Shown here: piece by piece, positions 1-9,354 of the stretch
Layout: each line of letters begins with the position of its first letter
How positions within the stretch are numbered: position 1 is the first letter of the stretch
DNA from: Acetobacteraceae bacterium
GTDB lineage: Bacteria > Pseudomonadota > Alphaproteobacteria > Acetobacterales > Acetobacteraceae
Reading direction: 5' to 3'
Length of the DNA stretch: 64,000 nt
NCBI GenBank assembly: GCA_041487355.1
Contig: JBGPND010000001.1
Location: 17,791 to 81,790, forward strand
Made by a program: the position numbers and the translations under genes
The notes under the pieces: model-generated
The model's input: the letters and a program-made list of their open reading frames with translations, nothing else
Databases searched by the model: none
What the model was told of the DNA's origin: nothing

Positions 1-101
1 ACAGGGAGGCCATGCAACGGGCATTCGAGGCTGCCGGAGTGACGCTCTTGTTCAAGGAAGACAAGCCGTTAGGGATCGAGGTTGCGGTCCCCTCTCAATA
101 A
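1..101 (+). CDS. partial CDS (3' end only), unknown product
   Basis: The frame is open from the left edge to TAA at 99-101. The tail ...QRAFEAAGVTLLFKEDKPLGIEVAVPSQ is reminiscent of C-termini of small phage/island HTH regulators. Only about 33 codons are visible. Confidence 0.2.
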   Translation, partial: REAMQRAFEAAGVTLLFKEDKPLGIEVAVPSQ

Positions 102-1096
102 TCGTCGAAATCAAACTCTCCTTGATCGTGCAGCCGCGGCGCCGAACGTTGCAGCGCTGCATGGAAGGAACGCCAACTCGTAGACCCCTGCATCAAGAAT
201 ATCAGCTTGTCGATGTATCGCTTTAATTCTGGATGACCATAATCCCTCGTAAGCCACTGATGATGTTTTCGAATCCTTCTTCCGTCCACGACGGGGTTCT
301 TCTCGCGAAGCGCGGTCAGCACTCCAGGGGCCAGCCGCGAATACACGATGTCATTGGTAATGTGCCCTAGCACCTGCGGCTTGGCCAAAGATGCTGGATC
401 GTACTTCCAGGCGCGCAACCTGAACACCTGCTCGTAATAGTCGTCAGGGAACGTCTTGGCCCACGTTGCCCAATGCGCAGAGAGATATCGTTCGAGTATC
501 CGGTGCAGGGCGTCGCGCTTGCGCTCGGTCTGAAAGCCGGTTGCCTCGTCAATCCATGCCTCGATTCCCATTCTGGCGTAGGCATGGACAAGATTTTCGC
601 AATATTCTGCGTACCGTCTTTGTACTTCGGTTATCAATATGCCTGCGCTTCTAGCCTTGGTGAAGCCGATGCAAAACTCTGAAAGGACTTCCGCTTCGTA
701 ACCCAATACTAGAGTTTCAGTGGGAGAAATGAACCGAATCGGGTTCTCGATGGCCACCAAAATCTCTAGCGAAAAGAATGACTTAAGCAGAGGGTCCCGC
801 AGAATTGCGTTGAGCCGATGTCCACCAGTAGAACCGCGCCCCCTGACTCCGATCAAAGATAAGAATCCGCGCTCAGAGAATAGTCTCCGACCGTCGAAAA
901 GATTGAACAGAGGGATAACCCACCCGTCCACCTTGCGTTCGCCCATATGTGAGGCGCGAGGAAGGGCGCTCCGCTCCCTGGCGGTCATATCGCCCCACCG
1001 GGCGGCGCCCCCGGCTGAAGCGATCTTGCTGCGCTCCTCCGGCGTCAGACGTTCGGCGCGCGCACGGCCTCCGCGCTGCTGAGGGGTCTCGCCCAT
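95..1096 (-). CDS. P63C domain-containing protein (phage/island-associated family)
   Basis: 333-aa ORF with a basic N-terminus, then ...KVDGWVIPLFNLFDGRRLFSERGFLSLIG..., which fits P63C-family proteins as I remember them. It is AT-richer than the backbone (27/60 G+C hand-counted in line 601-660). Confidence 0.6.
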   Translation of the reverse strand: MGETPQQRGGRARAERLTPEERSKIASAGGAARWGDMTARERSALPRASHMGERKVDGWVIPLFNLFDGRRLFSERGFLSLIGVRGRGSTGGHRLNAILRDPLLKSFFSLEILVAIENPIRFISPTETLVLGYEAEVLSEFCIGFTKARSAGILITEVQRRYAEYCENLVHAYARMGIEAWIDEATGFQTERKRDALHRILERYLSAHWATWAKTFPDDYYEQVFRLRAWKYDPASLAKPQVLGHITNDIVYSRLAPGVLTALREKNPVVDGRRIRKHHQWLTRDYGHPELKRYIDKLIFLMQGSTSWRSFHAALQRSAPRLHDQGEFDFDDY

Positions 1097-1195
1097 TGGA
1101 CGGCTCCCGAATGTTCCGGGAGGGACCGTAGACCATCCATTGCCTGATCAGCAAGCATTTTCGATTGTCCATCGCCTAGGTGTGCTTGCTACATA

Positions 1196-1987
1196 ATGCC
1201 GGAGGCACTGGAGGTCAGCATGATCCACAGCGTCGCCGGCATGCTGGAAGGCGGCAGGCTGGTGATGCGCCCGCCGTTTCGCGAACCGCATCACTCGGCG
1301 TCGCAGGCGGCGCTGACCGGCGGGGGGCAGCGGGCGAGGCCGGGCGAGGTCAGCCTGGCGCATCGCGGCGTGCTGTTCCTCGACGAACTGCCGGAGTTCC
1401 CCAAGCAGACCCTGGAGTCACTGCGCCAGCCGATGGAGTCGGGCCGCACGACGGTGGCGCGGGCCGCGGCGCACATCACCTATCCGGCACGCTTCCAGTT
1501 GATCGCGGCGATGAATCCGTGCCGCTGCGGCTATCTCGGCGATGCTTCGCGCGAGTGCGGCAAGGCGCCCCGTTGCGGCGAGGATTACCAGAATCGCATC
1601 AGCGGCCCGGTGCTGGACCGCATCGACCTGACGGTGGAGGTGCAGCCGGCCTCGGCCGCCGAACTGGCGCGCGCGCCCACGGGGGAGAAGAGCGCGGTGG
1701 TGGCAGCCCGGGTGGCGCGAGCCCGCGCGGCACAGCGTGCGCGGTATGGCGAGGATGGGCCGGCCAGCAACGCCGAGGCCGACAGCCGCGAGGTGCTGCT
1801 GGTGGCGGAGGCGCAGGCGCTGGCCGGGCAGGCGATGGACAAGCTGCGGCTGTCACCGCGCGGCTATACACGCGTGCTGCGCGTCGCGCGCACGATCGCG
1901 GATCTTGCCGGCGCCGCTCTGGTGCAGCGTCCGCATGTCGCCGAGGCACTGGCGTTCCGCCATCGCATGCCGGGACGGAAGGTGTGA
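1196..1987 (+). pseudogene. comM: ComM/YifB Mg-chelatase-like ATPase, C-terminal half only (5'-truncated)
   Basis: Motifs EALEVSMIHSVAG, RPPFREPHHSAS, GVLFLDELPEF, AAMNPCRCGY and the C-terminal ...HVAEALAFR match the second half of ~500-aa ComM/YifB. The Walker A / N-terminal domain is missing. Similarity stops at about 1196-1199, where base composition changes. Confidence 0.75.
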
Positions 1988-2080
1988 TACCGCCAAGCGC
2001 AGGTCTTGACTTGTAATCATCATGCCCGCGCAAGCAGGAGCCCAGAGCCAAAATCCCCAGCCCAGAAGATTACGATAACC

Positions 2081-2117
2081 CCTGGATCCCCGCTTGCGCG
2101 GGGATGACAACCTATTG
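2081..2117. repeat. solo end of the GGGGATGAC-type hairpin repeat (same family as 21453-21578)
   Basis: cctggatccccgcttgcgcggggatgacaacctattg matches 21453-21489 with 2 mismatches in 37 nt. A degenerate copy of the opposite end (catcatgcccgcgcaagcaggagcccagag) lies at about 2018-2048. Confidence 0.85.
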
Positions 2118-2143
2118 AATGCATCCGCGCGACGGCATAGCCC

Positions 2144-2527
2144 CTACGCTTCAAGACGGAACGCATCTCTGATACGCCGCACCGCGCCCGCTGCATCCAC
2201 CACCAGCAGGTCGAAGCGCACGCCTTTGGCGCCCCAGGCGGGATGCGTCGCCAGCACGACCTCGGCGGCCGCGAGCAGGCGTGCCTGCTGGCGTGGCGAG
2301 AGTGCCGCCGCGGCATCGGCGAGCGTTGGGCGCGCCTTCACCTCGACGATGGCAAGCACACCGTCCTTCTCGGCCAGGACGTCCAGCTCGCCTGCCTCGG
2401 TCCGCACCCGGCGGTCCAGCACCGCCCAACCCTCACGCGCCAGCGCCGCGCAGGCGGCATCCTCCGCACTGACGCCGAACGCGTAGGCGCGGCTTCCCTT
2501 CCGGCGACGCAGCGACATGGGCTGCAT
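2144..2527 (-). CDS. yraN: YraN family (UPF0102) endonuclease-like protein
   Basis: 127 aa. ...AACAALAREGWAVLDRRVRTEAGELDVLAEKDGVLAIVEVKAR... is the typical YraN D..E.K core. An alternative ATG lies at 2518. Confidence 0.8.
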   Translation of the reverse strand: MQPMSLRRRKGSRAYAFGVSAEDAACAALAREGWAVLDRRVRTEAGELDVLAEKDGVLAIVEVKARPTLADAAAALSPRQQARLLAAAEVVLATHPAWGAKGVRFDLLVVDAAGAVRRIRDAFRLEA

Positions 2528-2734
2528 CGTGCCGGGCTACCGCTAAGCATGCGTGAACGCCGCCGTGACGGAGTTCACAGCGGCACGGGAACCGGAGTGG
2601 CCCGGCCGGACTGACCCAGGAAACCGCCCTGCCGCCCGCCGCATGGCGGAAATGCGGTGGCGCTACATACGGGGCGTTTGTCCGCCACCGACCACATGCT
2701 ACAGGACAGCGATCAGTTGTCAGTGGTCAGTGCC

Positions 2735-4039
2735 ATGAACGAACAGAGTCCCGCCGCCAGCCTGCAGCGGTTCTTCGGCGCCAAGCTGGCCGAGACCGAC
2801 CCGGAGCTGGCGGCCGCACTCAGCGCCGAGCTGGTCCGCCAGCAGGACGGCATCGAGCTGATCGCCAGCGAGAATGTCGTCTCGGCCGCCGTGCTGGAGA
2901 CGCAGGGCTCGGTGCTCACCAACAAATACGCCGAGGGCTACCCGGGACGGCGCTACTACGGCGGCTGCGTGCATGTGGACGTGGCCGAGCAGCTCGCAAT
3001 CGACCGGGCGAAACGGCTATTTTCCTGCGGGTTCGCCAATGTGCAGCCGCATTCGGGCGCGCAGGCCAACCAGGCGGTGTTCCTGGCGCTGCTGCAGCCG
3101 GGCGACACGATTCTGGGCATGAGCCTCGCTGCCGGCGGCCACCTGACCCACGGCGCGGCACCCAACCTGTCCGGCAAGTGGTTCCGCGCCGTGCAGTACG
3201 GCGTACGGCGCGACGACGGGCTGCTGGACTACGACGAGCTGGAAAGTCTGGCGCGGGCGGAAAAGCCGAGGCTGATCATCGCCGGCGGTTCGGCCTACCC
3301 GCGTTTCATCGACTTCGCCCGCATCCGCAGGGTGGCAGACGAGGTCGGCGCGTCTTTCATGGTGGACATGGCGCATTTCGCCGGGCTGGTCGCCGCCGAC
3401 CTGTTCCCCAGCCCACTGCCGCACGCCCATGTGGTCACCACCACGACGCACAAGACGCTGCGTGGCCCGCGCGGCGGCATGATCCTGGCCAACGATGCGG
3501 AGATCGGCCGGAAAATCAATTCAGCAGTGTTCCCCGGCCTGCAAGGCGGGCCGCTGATGCACGTCATCGCCGGCAAGGCCGCCGCCTTCGGCGAGGCGCT
3601 CCGCCCGGAATTCCGCACCTACCAGAAGGCCGTCGTCGAAAACGCCAAGGCGCTCGCCGAGACGCTCGCCCAGCAGGGCCTCGCCATCGTCACCGGCGGC
3701 ACCGACTGCCATCTGTTGCTGGTCGATCTCCGCCCCAAGCGGGTCACCGGCAAGGCGACGGAGGCCAGCCTCGAACGTGCCCGCGTCACCGCCAACAAAA
3801 ACGCCATCCCATTCGACCCCGAGAAGCCGGCGATCACCTCCGGCATCCGGCTGGGCTCCCCCGCAGCCACCTCGCGCGGCTTCGGCACGGCCGAATTCCG
3901 CGAGATCGGGCTGCTGATCGATGAGGTGCTGGAGGGACTTGCCCGCTCCAACGACGGCTCGAACGCGACGGCCGAGGCCGCGGTCGGGACCAGGGTGCAG
4001 GCGCTGTGCGCCCGCTTCCCGCTGTATCGCGCACGGTAG
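2735..4039 (+). CDS. glyA: serine hydroxymethyltransferase
   Basis: The ORF opens at 2657. I chose ATG 2735 ([14 protein letters not shown]...) because it gives the usual ~434 aa. Motifs [10 protein letters not shown] and [14 protein letters not shown] (PLP lysine) are present. Confidence 0.95.
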   Translation: MNEQSPAASLQRFFGAKLAETDPELAAALSAELVRQQDGIELIASENVVSAAVLETQGSVLTNKYAEGYPGRRYYGGCVHVDVAEQLAIDRAKRLFSCGFANVQPHSGAQANQAVFLALLQPGDTILGMSLAAGGHLTHGAAPNLSGKWFRAVQYGVRRDDGLLDYDELESLARAEKPRLIIAGGSAYPRFIDFARIRRVADEVGASFMVDMAHFAGLVAADLFPSPLPHAHVVTTTTHKTLRGPRGGMILANDAEIGRKINSAVFPGLQGGPLMHVIAGKAAAFGEALRPEFRTYQKAVVENAKALAETLAQQGLAIVTGGTDCHLLLVDLRPKRVTGKATEASLERARVTANKNAIPFDPEKPAITSGIRLGSPAATSRGFGTAEFREIGLLIDEVLEGLARSNDGSNATAEAAVGTRVQALCARFPLYRAR

Positions 4040-4045
4040 CCGGCG

Positions 4046-4501
4046 ATGCGCTGCCCGTTCTGCGGCCACGAGGATACACAGGTGAAGGACAGCCGTCCCA
4101 GCGAGGACGGCAGTGCAATCCGACGCCGGCGCTTCTGCGGCAATTGCGGCCAGCGCTTCACCACGATCGAGCGGACGCAGTTGCGTGAACTGACCGTGGT
4201 GAAGGCAGACGGGCGTCGCGTCCCGTTCGAGCGCGAGAAGCTGGCCCGCTCGATCCGCATCGCGCTACGCAAGCGGCCGATCCAGGAGGAGCGCATCGAG
4301 CGCATTGTCAACGGCATCGTTCGCCAGCTCGAGGCATCGGGCGAAAGCGACATCCCGTCGAAGCAAATCGGCGAGCTGGTGATGGACACGCTGAAGGAGC
4401 TGGACCCGGTTGCCTATGTCCGCTTCGCCAGCGTCTACCGGAATTTTCGCGAGGCCAAGGACTTCGAGGACTTCATCGGCTCGCTGGGCGAGGCTACGTA
4501 G
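4046..4501 (+). CDS. nrdR: transcriptional repressor NrdR
   Basis: [17 protein letters not shown]...[13 protein letters not shown] zinc ribbon plus an ATP-cone; 151 aa. Confidence 0.95.
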   Translation: MRCPFCGHEDTQVKDSRPSEDGSAIRRRRFCGNCGQRFTTIERTQLRELTVVKADGRRVPFEREKLARSIRIALRKRPIQEERIERIVNGIVRQLEASGESDIPSKQIGELVMDTLKELDPVAYVRFASVYRNFREAKDFEDFIGSLGEAT

Positions 4502-4509
4502 TCCCGACC

Positions 4510-5631
4510 ATGGCCGAGCCGTCACGCACCACGAGAGCGGAAGACATAGCCCATATGCGCTCGGCGCTGGCGCTGGCGCGGCGCGGGGTCGGCAATACCT
4601 GGCCCAATCCGTCGGTGGGCTGCGTCGTGGTGAAGGATGGCCGCGTGATCGGGCGCGCCGTGACGGCGCCTGGCGGTCGCCCGCATGCCGAACCAGCGGC
4701 GCTGGACCTCGCGGGTGGGGCCGCGCGCGGGGCCACCGTCTACGTCACGCTGGAGCCCTGCTGCCACTGGGGGCGCACGCCGCCCTGCACCGACGCCCTG
4801 ATCAGTGCCGGCGTGGCCCGCGTGGTGATCGCCACCCGAGACCCCGATCCGCGGGTGGATGGTGCCGGCATCGCCAAGCTGCGCGCAGCCGGCATCGAGG
4901 TCGAGGAAGCCGTGCTGCAGGACGAGGCGGACGCGGTGGCGGCGGGGTTCCGCTCGCGGGTTCGCCTGGGCCGTCCGCTGGTCACATTGAAGCTCGCCTC
5001 GACGCTGGATGGCCGGATCGCGACACGGTCGGGCGAAAGTCGCTGGATCACCGGCGAGGCCGCGCGCCGTGCGGCGCACGCGCTGCGTGGCCGGCACGAC
5101 GCGGTGATGGTCGGCGTCGGGACGGTGATGGCAGACGACCCGGAGCTGACCTGTCGTCTCTCCGGCTATCGCCCCAATCCGGTGGTGCGCGTGGTGGCGG
5201 ACAGCCACCTGCGCACCCCGCTCACCGCGACACTCGTCGCGACCGCATCGCGCAGCCCGACCTGGATGCTGATCCGCGAAGGCACCGATCCCGAGCGCCG
5301 GCGTGCGTTCGCCGATCTTGGCGTCACGCTGATCGAGGTGGCAGGCTCGGAGGTCGGCGTCGATCCGACGCAGTCGCTCACCGCCCTGGGCGATGCTGGG
5401 CTCACCCGGCTGCTGGTGGAGGGCGGCGCCCAGCTCGCCGCTTCGCTGCTGCGCGCCGACCTGGTGGACCGCATCGCCTGGTTTCACGCACCCGCCGTCA
5501 TGGGTGGCGATGCCTGGCCCGCGGTGCAGGCGTTCGGCATCGAGCGGCTGGATGCCATGCCGCGCTTCGCACGCACCGCCGAGACACCGCTCGGCGATGA
5601 CATGCTGACCGAATTCACCAGGAAGGTCTGA
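4510..5631 (+). CDS. ribD: bifunctional diaminohydroxyphosphoribosylaminopyrimidine deaminase / 5-amino-6-(5-phosphoribosylamino)uracil reductase
   Basis: Deaminase motifs HAE and TLEPCCHWGRTPPC, followed by the reductase domain; 373 aa. Confidence 0.93.
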   Translation: MAEPSRTTRAEDIAHMRSALALARRGVGNTWPNPSVGCVVVKDGRVIGRAVTAPGGRPHAEPAALDLAGGAARGATVYVTLEPCCHWGRTPPCTDALISAGVARVVIATRDPDPRVDGAGIAKLRAAGIEVEEAVLQDEADAVAAGFRSRVRLGRPLVTLKLASTLDGRIATRSGESRWITGEAARRAAHALRGRHDAVMVGVGTVMADDPELTCRLSGYRPNPVVRVVADSHLRTPLTATLVATASRSPTWMLIREGTDPERRRAFADLGVTLIEVAGSEVGVDPTQSLTALGDAGLTRLLVEGGAQLAASLLRADLVDRIAWFHAPAVMGGDAWPAVQAFGIERLDAMPRFARTAETPLGDDMLTEFTRKV

Positions 5632-6231
5632 ATGTTCACCGGCATCGTCACGGCGCTCGGCATGATACGCAGCATCGCTCCCCTGGGCAGCGGGGAGGAC
5701 ATGCGGCTGGCGATCACGGCCCCCTGGCCGGACACCGCCTCGATCGCCGTCGGTGCCTCGATCGGCTGCTCCGGCTGCTGCCTGACCGCGGTCGAGATCG
5801 GAGCGGACTGGTTCGCCGCCGACGCCTCGGCCGAAACGCTCGGCAAGACCACGCTGGGACGCTGGCGGGTGGGAACGCGCGTCAATCTGGAGCGCTCGCT
5901 CCGGCTCGGCGACGAACTGGGCGGACACCTCGTCTCCGGTCATGTCGACGGCGTCGGCGAGGCGCTGTCGTCCGCGCCGGAACATGGCTCGACGCGCTGG
6001 CGCTTCCGCGTCCCCCCCGCCCTCTCGCGCTTCATCGCGGTCAAGGGCAGCATCGCCGTGGACGGCGTGTCGTTGACGGTCAACGAGGTTACGGACGATA
6101 CCTTCGGGGTGAACATCATTCCGCACACCGCCGCGGTGACTGGCTTCGGATCGCTCAGGCCAGGCGATGCGGTGAATCTCGAGATCGACATGCTGGCCCG
6201 CTATGTCGCGCGGCTCGCGGAGTTCAAGTGA
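5632..6231 (+). CDS. ribE: riboflavin synthase (alpha chain)
   Basis: MFTGIVTALG... N-terminus, internal duplication and the GHVDGVG motif; 199 aa. The start abuts the ribD stop. Confidence 0.93.
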   Translation: MFTGIVTALGMIRSIAPLGSGEDMRLAITAPWPDTASIAVGASIGCSGCCLTAVEIGADWFAADASAETLGKTTLGRWRVGTRVNLERSLRLGDELGGHLVSGHVDGVGEALSSAPEHGSTRWRFRVPPALSRFIAVKGSIAVDGVSLTVNEVTDDTFGVNIIPHTAAVTGFGSLRPGDAVNLEIDMLARYVARLAEFK

Positions 6232-7370
6232 TGCATGACGTCAAGACCGTCGAGTTGTCGCAGTACCTGTCCAGCGCGGACGAGCTGATCGAGGAAGCGC
6301 GCAACGGCCGGATGTTCATCCTGGTCGACGACGAGGACCGGGAAAATGAAGGCGACCTCGTCGTGCCGGCGCAGTTCGCCACGCCCGACGCGATCAACTT
6401 CATGGCGCGCCATGCGCGCGGCCTGATCTGCCTGGCAATGACCGGCCAGCGGGTGGAGCAGCTCGGACTGCCGCTGATGAGCGCGCACAACAGCACACGG
6501 CACCAGACGGCGTTCACCATCTCGATCGAGGCGCGCGAGGGAGTCACCACCGGGATTTCCGCGCATGACCGCGCGCGGACCATCGCGGTGGCGATCAACC
6601 CCGAATGCGGCCGCGACGACATCGTCACCCCCGGCCACGTCTTCCCGCTGATGGCGCGCGAGGGCGGCACGCTGGTGCGCGCGGGCCACACCGAGGCGTC
6701 GGTGGACATCGCGCGCAAGGCCGGGCTGTACCCGGCCGCAGTGATCTGCGAGATCATGAACGACGACGGCACCATGGCCCGCCTGCCGGACCTGGTTACG
6801 TTCGCCCAGAGGCACAATTTCAAGCTCGGTTCGATCGCCGACCTGATCGCTCACCGCCGGCTCACCGAGCGTCTGGTGAAGCGCGTGGCCGACGGCATGT
6901 TCCGCCACGTCGCAGGCGGCGACTGGCGCGCCGTCGTGTACGCCAACACGGTCGAGTATCAGGAACATCTCGCCCTGGTGAAAGGCGACCTGAGCGGGCC
7001 GGAGCCCGTCCTGGTGCGTATGCACGCCGTCGATCTGCTGGACGACATGACGGGCGGGCCGCACTGGATCGCCGTGCACGACGCGATGCACCATATCAGC
7101 TCCGAGGGCCGCGGTGTCGTGGTGCTGATCCGCGAGCACCGCAAGACCGCACTGGCCGAGCGGGTGAGCCAGCTGGCGGCAAGTCCGCGACCGCAACGCG
7201 AGCTGCGCGACTACGGCATCGGCGCACAGATCCTGCTCGATCTCGGCGTGAAGGACATGATCCTGCTATCGAACCGGCGACGGACGATCGTCGGCCTGGA
7301 CGGCTACGGGCTGAACATCGTGCAGCAGCGGTCGATCCCGAACATCGTCGGCGAGAGCTACACCGGATGA
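6228..7370 (+). CDS. ribB: 3,4-dihydroxy-2-butanone-4-phosphate synthase with a degenerate GTP-cyclohydrolase-II-like C-terminal domain (RibBX type)
   Basis: The N-terminal half has FILVDDEDRENEGDLVVPAQ (DHBP synthase). The C-terminal ~170 aa aligns to RibA-like fold regions but contains no cysteine, so the three Zn-ligand Cys are absent. Confidence 0.9.
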   Translation: MMHDVKTVELSQYLSSADELIEEARNGRMFILVDDEDRENEGDLVVPAQFATPDAINFMARHARGLICLAMTGQRVEQLGLPLMSAHNSTRHQTAFTISIEAREGVTTGISAHDRARTIAVAINPECGRDDIVTPGHVFPLMAREGGTLVRAGHTEASVDIARKAGLYPAAVICEIMNDDGTMARLPDLVTFAQRHNFKLGSIADLIAHRRLTERLVKRVADGMFRHVAGGDWRAVVYANTVEYQEHLALVKGDLSGPEPVLVRMHAVDLLDDMTGGPHWIAVHDAMHHISSEGRGVVVLIREHRKTALAERVSQLAASPRPQRELRDYGIGAQILLDLGVKDMILLSNRRRTIVGLDGYGLNIVQQRSIPNIVGESYTG

Positions 7371-7849
7371 GCACCGAGGATGCCCCGCTGCCGTCCGCGC
7401 CACGCATCGACGGCCCGCCGCCGCATCTGCTTCTCGTGCGCGCTCCATACTACCGCGCCGTGGTGGACGGGCTGACCGATGGTGCGACGCGCATCCTGCG
7501 CGAGGCAGGCGCCACGTTCGAGCAGTTGGATGTCGCCGGCGCGTTCGAGCTGCCGCAGGCGATCCGCATCGCCACGCGCGGCTCGCGGCGCTTCGACGGC
7601 TTCGTGGCACTCGGCTGTATCGTGCGCGGCGAGACGGACCACTACGAATTCATCAGCCGCGCGACGATGGAAGGGCTGATGCAGGTCGCGTTGCAGTTCG
7701 GACTGGCGCTCGGCACCGGGCTGCTGACCTGCGACACGCTGGCGCAGGCCGAGGCGCGGTCCGGGCGAGACGGCCACAACAAGGGAGCAGAAGCCGCGGC
7801 GGCTGCGCTGTTGCAGATCAGTGCGGCACGGCATCTCGGCGCGGTGTGA
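7367..7849 (+). CDS. ribH: 6,7-dimethyl-8-ribityllumazine synthase
   Basis: ATG 7367 overlaps the ribB stop (ATGA). Motifs ...VAGAFELPQA...ALGCIVRGETDHYEFI... are present; 160 aa. Confidence 0.93.
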   Translation: MSTEDAPLPSAPRIDGPPPHLLLVRAPYYRAVVDGLTDGATRILREAGATFEQLDVAGAFELPQAIRIATRGSRRFDGFVALGCIVRGETDHYEFISRATMEGLMQVALQFGLALGTGLLTCDTLAQAEARSGRDGHNKGAEAAAAALLQISAARHLGAV

Positions 7850-8328
7850 TGGGCAGATCGCCGCGCAGGCCGCGGACCGCCTCGCGCGTTGCCGCCGTCC
7901 AGGCGCTGTTCCAGAGCGAGCAGGGGCAGGACAACCCCGAGACGGTGATCGACCAGTTCGTCCGCCACCGGTTGGGTGAGCTGCCTGGCACCGGTGGTTT
8001 CGAGGAAGGCCGCGTGCCCGACGCCGAGGTACCGCTGTTCGCCCGCATCGTGCGCGCCGCGGTCGCGCAGCAGGACACGATCGACCGCATGCTGGCCGAG
8101 GCGCTGCCGGCCGACTGGCCGCTGGCGCGCATCGACCCGGTGCTGCGCGCGTTGATGCGCGCCGGTGTGGCGGAGTTGGCGATGGTCGGCGGCCCACCCG
8201 CCAAGGTCGTCATCAACGAGTATCTCGACGTGGCCCGCGGTTTCTTCACCGGTGCCGAACCAGGGATGGCGAACGCGGTACTGGACCGGCTGGCGCGGCT
8301 GTTGCGGCCGGCGGAATTCGGAGCGTAG
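7846..8328 (+). CDS. nusB: transcription antitermination factor NusB
   Basis: ...SRVAAVQALFQSE...LRALMRAGVAEL...VVINEYLDVARGF...; 160 aa. The start is GTG 7846 or ATG 7849, overlapping the ribH stop. The TAG stop lies inside the REP at 8325-8397. Confidence 0.92.
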   Translation: MMGRSPRRPRTASRVAAVQALFQSEQGQDNPETVIDQFVRHRLGELPGTGGFEEGRVPDAEVPLFARIVRAAVAQQDTIDRMLAEALPADWPLARIDPVLRALMRAGVAELAMVGGPPAKVVINEYLDVARGFFTGAEPGMANAVLDRLARLLRPAEFGA

Positions 8329-8397
8329 GGCGGAAAAGCGCAGCGCATTCCGCCTCACGAGGGCAGAGGCGGAATGCGCTGCGCTTTTCCGCCCTAC
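8325..8397. repeat. palindromic REP, family B (GTAGGGCGGAAAAGCGCAGCGCATTCCGCC arms)
   Basis: Perfect 30-nt inverted arms separated by 13 nt. The arms are identical to those of the copy at 45114-45228. Confidence 0.9.
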
Positions 8398-8440
8398 ATT
8401 CATGCTACCGTCATGGCAGGGAAGGGATGAAGGTGCGGCG

Positions 8441-9337
8441 ATGGATGCATCCGACCTGAGGGTGTTCGAAGCGGTGGCGCGCCTCGGCGGCATCGGCCGG
8501 GCGGCGCTGGAGCTGAACACCGTGCAGTCGAACGTCACCACCCGCGTACGGTCCCTCGAGCAGGAGTTGGGCACCAAGCTGTTCGAACGGCATGCCCGCG
8601 GCGTCACGCTCACCGCCGCCGGCCGCCGCCTGCTGCCCTATGCCGCCGAGGTCAAGGACCTGCTGGCACGCGCGCGGCGCGCCGCGATAGACGACGGCAG
8701 GCCGAAGGGTCCGCTGACGATCGGCACGATGGAGACCACGGTGGCGATGCGGCTGCCGCGCATCATCGCGTCCTACGCCACCGCCCATCCTGAGGTGGAT
8801 CTGACGCTGCGAACCGGCACCTCCGCCGAATCGGTGACGCGCGTGCTGGAGCGCGAGCTCGACGGCGCATTCGTCGCCGGCCCGGTCGACCACGCCGAAC
8901 TGGTGCAGGAGACCATGTTCCGCGAGGAGCTGGTTGTCGTCACCGCGCCGGCGATCCAGGGGCTGCAGGAAGTCGGCCGCGCTGGCGAGCTCAAGATGCT
9001 GGTGCTGCGGGTCGGCTGCTCCTACCGCCAGCGGCTGGAGACAGTGTTGGCATCACGCGGCATCGTCGATGTGCGGGCGCTGGAGTTTGGCTCGCTGGAC
9101 GCGATCATCGGCTGTGTGTCGGCAGGCATCGGCATCACGCTGCTGCCGCGCAGTGTGGTCACCGCGGCGGCGCGCGTCGGCGAGGTGGCACTGCACGCGC
9201 TGCCGCCACAGGAAGCGATGGTGGACACGCTGTTCATCCGCCGCCGCGACGGCTACGCGACCAGTGCGCTGTCAGCGTTCATGCACATGGTGCGCACCGG
9301 GCCAATCGAGACGATGCAGGCTGCAGCTGCCGAATGA
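8441..9337 (+). CDS. LysR family transcriptional regulator
   Basis: I chose ATG 8441 (MDASDLRVFEAVARLGGIGRAALELNTVQSNVTTRVRSLEQELG...) because the HTH sits at the N-terminus; 298 aa. The upstream part of the ORF (from 8165) overlaps nusB and the REP. Confidence 0.88.
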   Translation: MDASDLRVFEAVARLGGIGRAALELNTVQSNVTTRVRSLEQELGTKLFERHARGVTLTAAGRRLLPYAAEVKDLLARARRAAIDDGRPKGPLTIGTMETTVAMRLPRIIASYATAHPEVDLTLRTGTSAESVTRVLERELDGAFVAGPVDHAELVQETMFREELVVVTAPAIQGLQEVGRAGELKMLVLRVGCSYRQRLETVLASRGIVDVRALEFGSLDAIIGCVSAGIGITLLPRSVVTAAARVGEVALHALPPQEAMVDTLFIRRRDGYATSALSAFMHMVRTGPIETMQAAAAE

Positions 9338-9354
9338 TCCTGGGGGTGTCCGAC

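Noticed and set aside
2528-2734. Possible ZTP (pfl) riboswitch or other structured leader upstream of glyA.
   Set aside because: The 207-nt divergent region has several stems (for example GGUGGCG...CGCCACC at 2655-2690) and fragments such as CCGUGAC and CCGCCCUGCC that loosely recall the ZTP consensus. I could not build the conserved GGGUCGUGACUGGCG / CCGCCUGGGC pseudoknot pairing. A covariance-model scan (Rfam RF01750) would settle it.
4522-6126. Very long ORFs antisense to or overlapping the annotated genes: 4522-6126(-), 6201-7196(-), 7642-8613(-), 10454-12448(+), 23202-25454(+), 55757-57946(+), 55884-57299(-) and many Arg/Pro/Ala-rich 100-400-aa ORFs.
   Set aside because: At this GC content stop codons are rare in all frames. 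These ORFs translate to low-complexity Arg/Ala/Pro/Gly strings with no recognisable motifs. Each overlaps a gene with clear family signatures and the expected third-position GC bias.
4502-7370. FMN (RFN) riboswitch in front of rib genes.
   Set aside because: nrdR, ribD, ribE, ribB and ribH abut or overlap (gaps of 0-8 nt), so there is no room for a ~150-nt aptamer.
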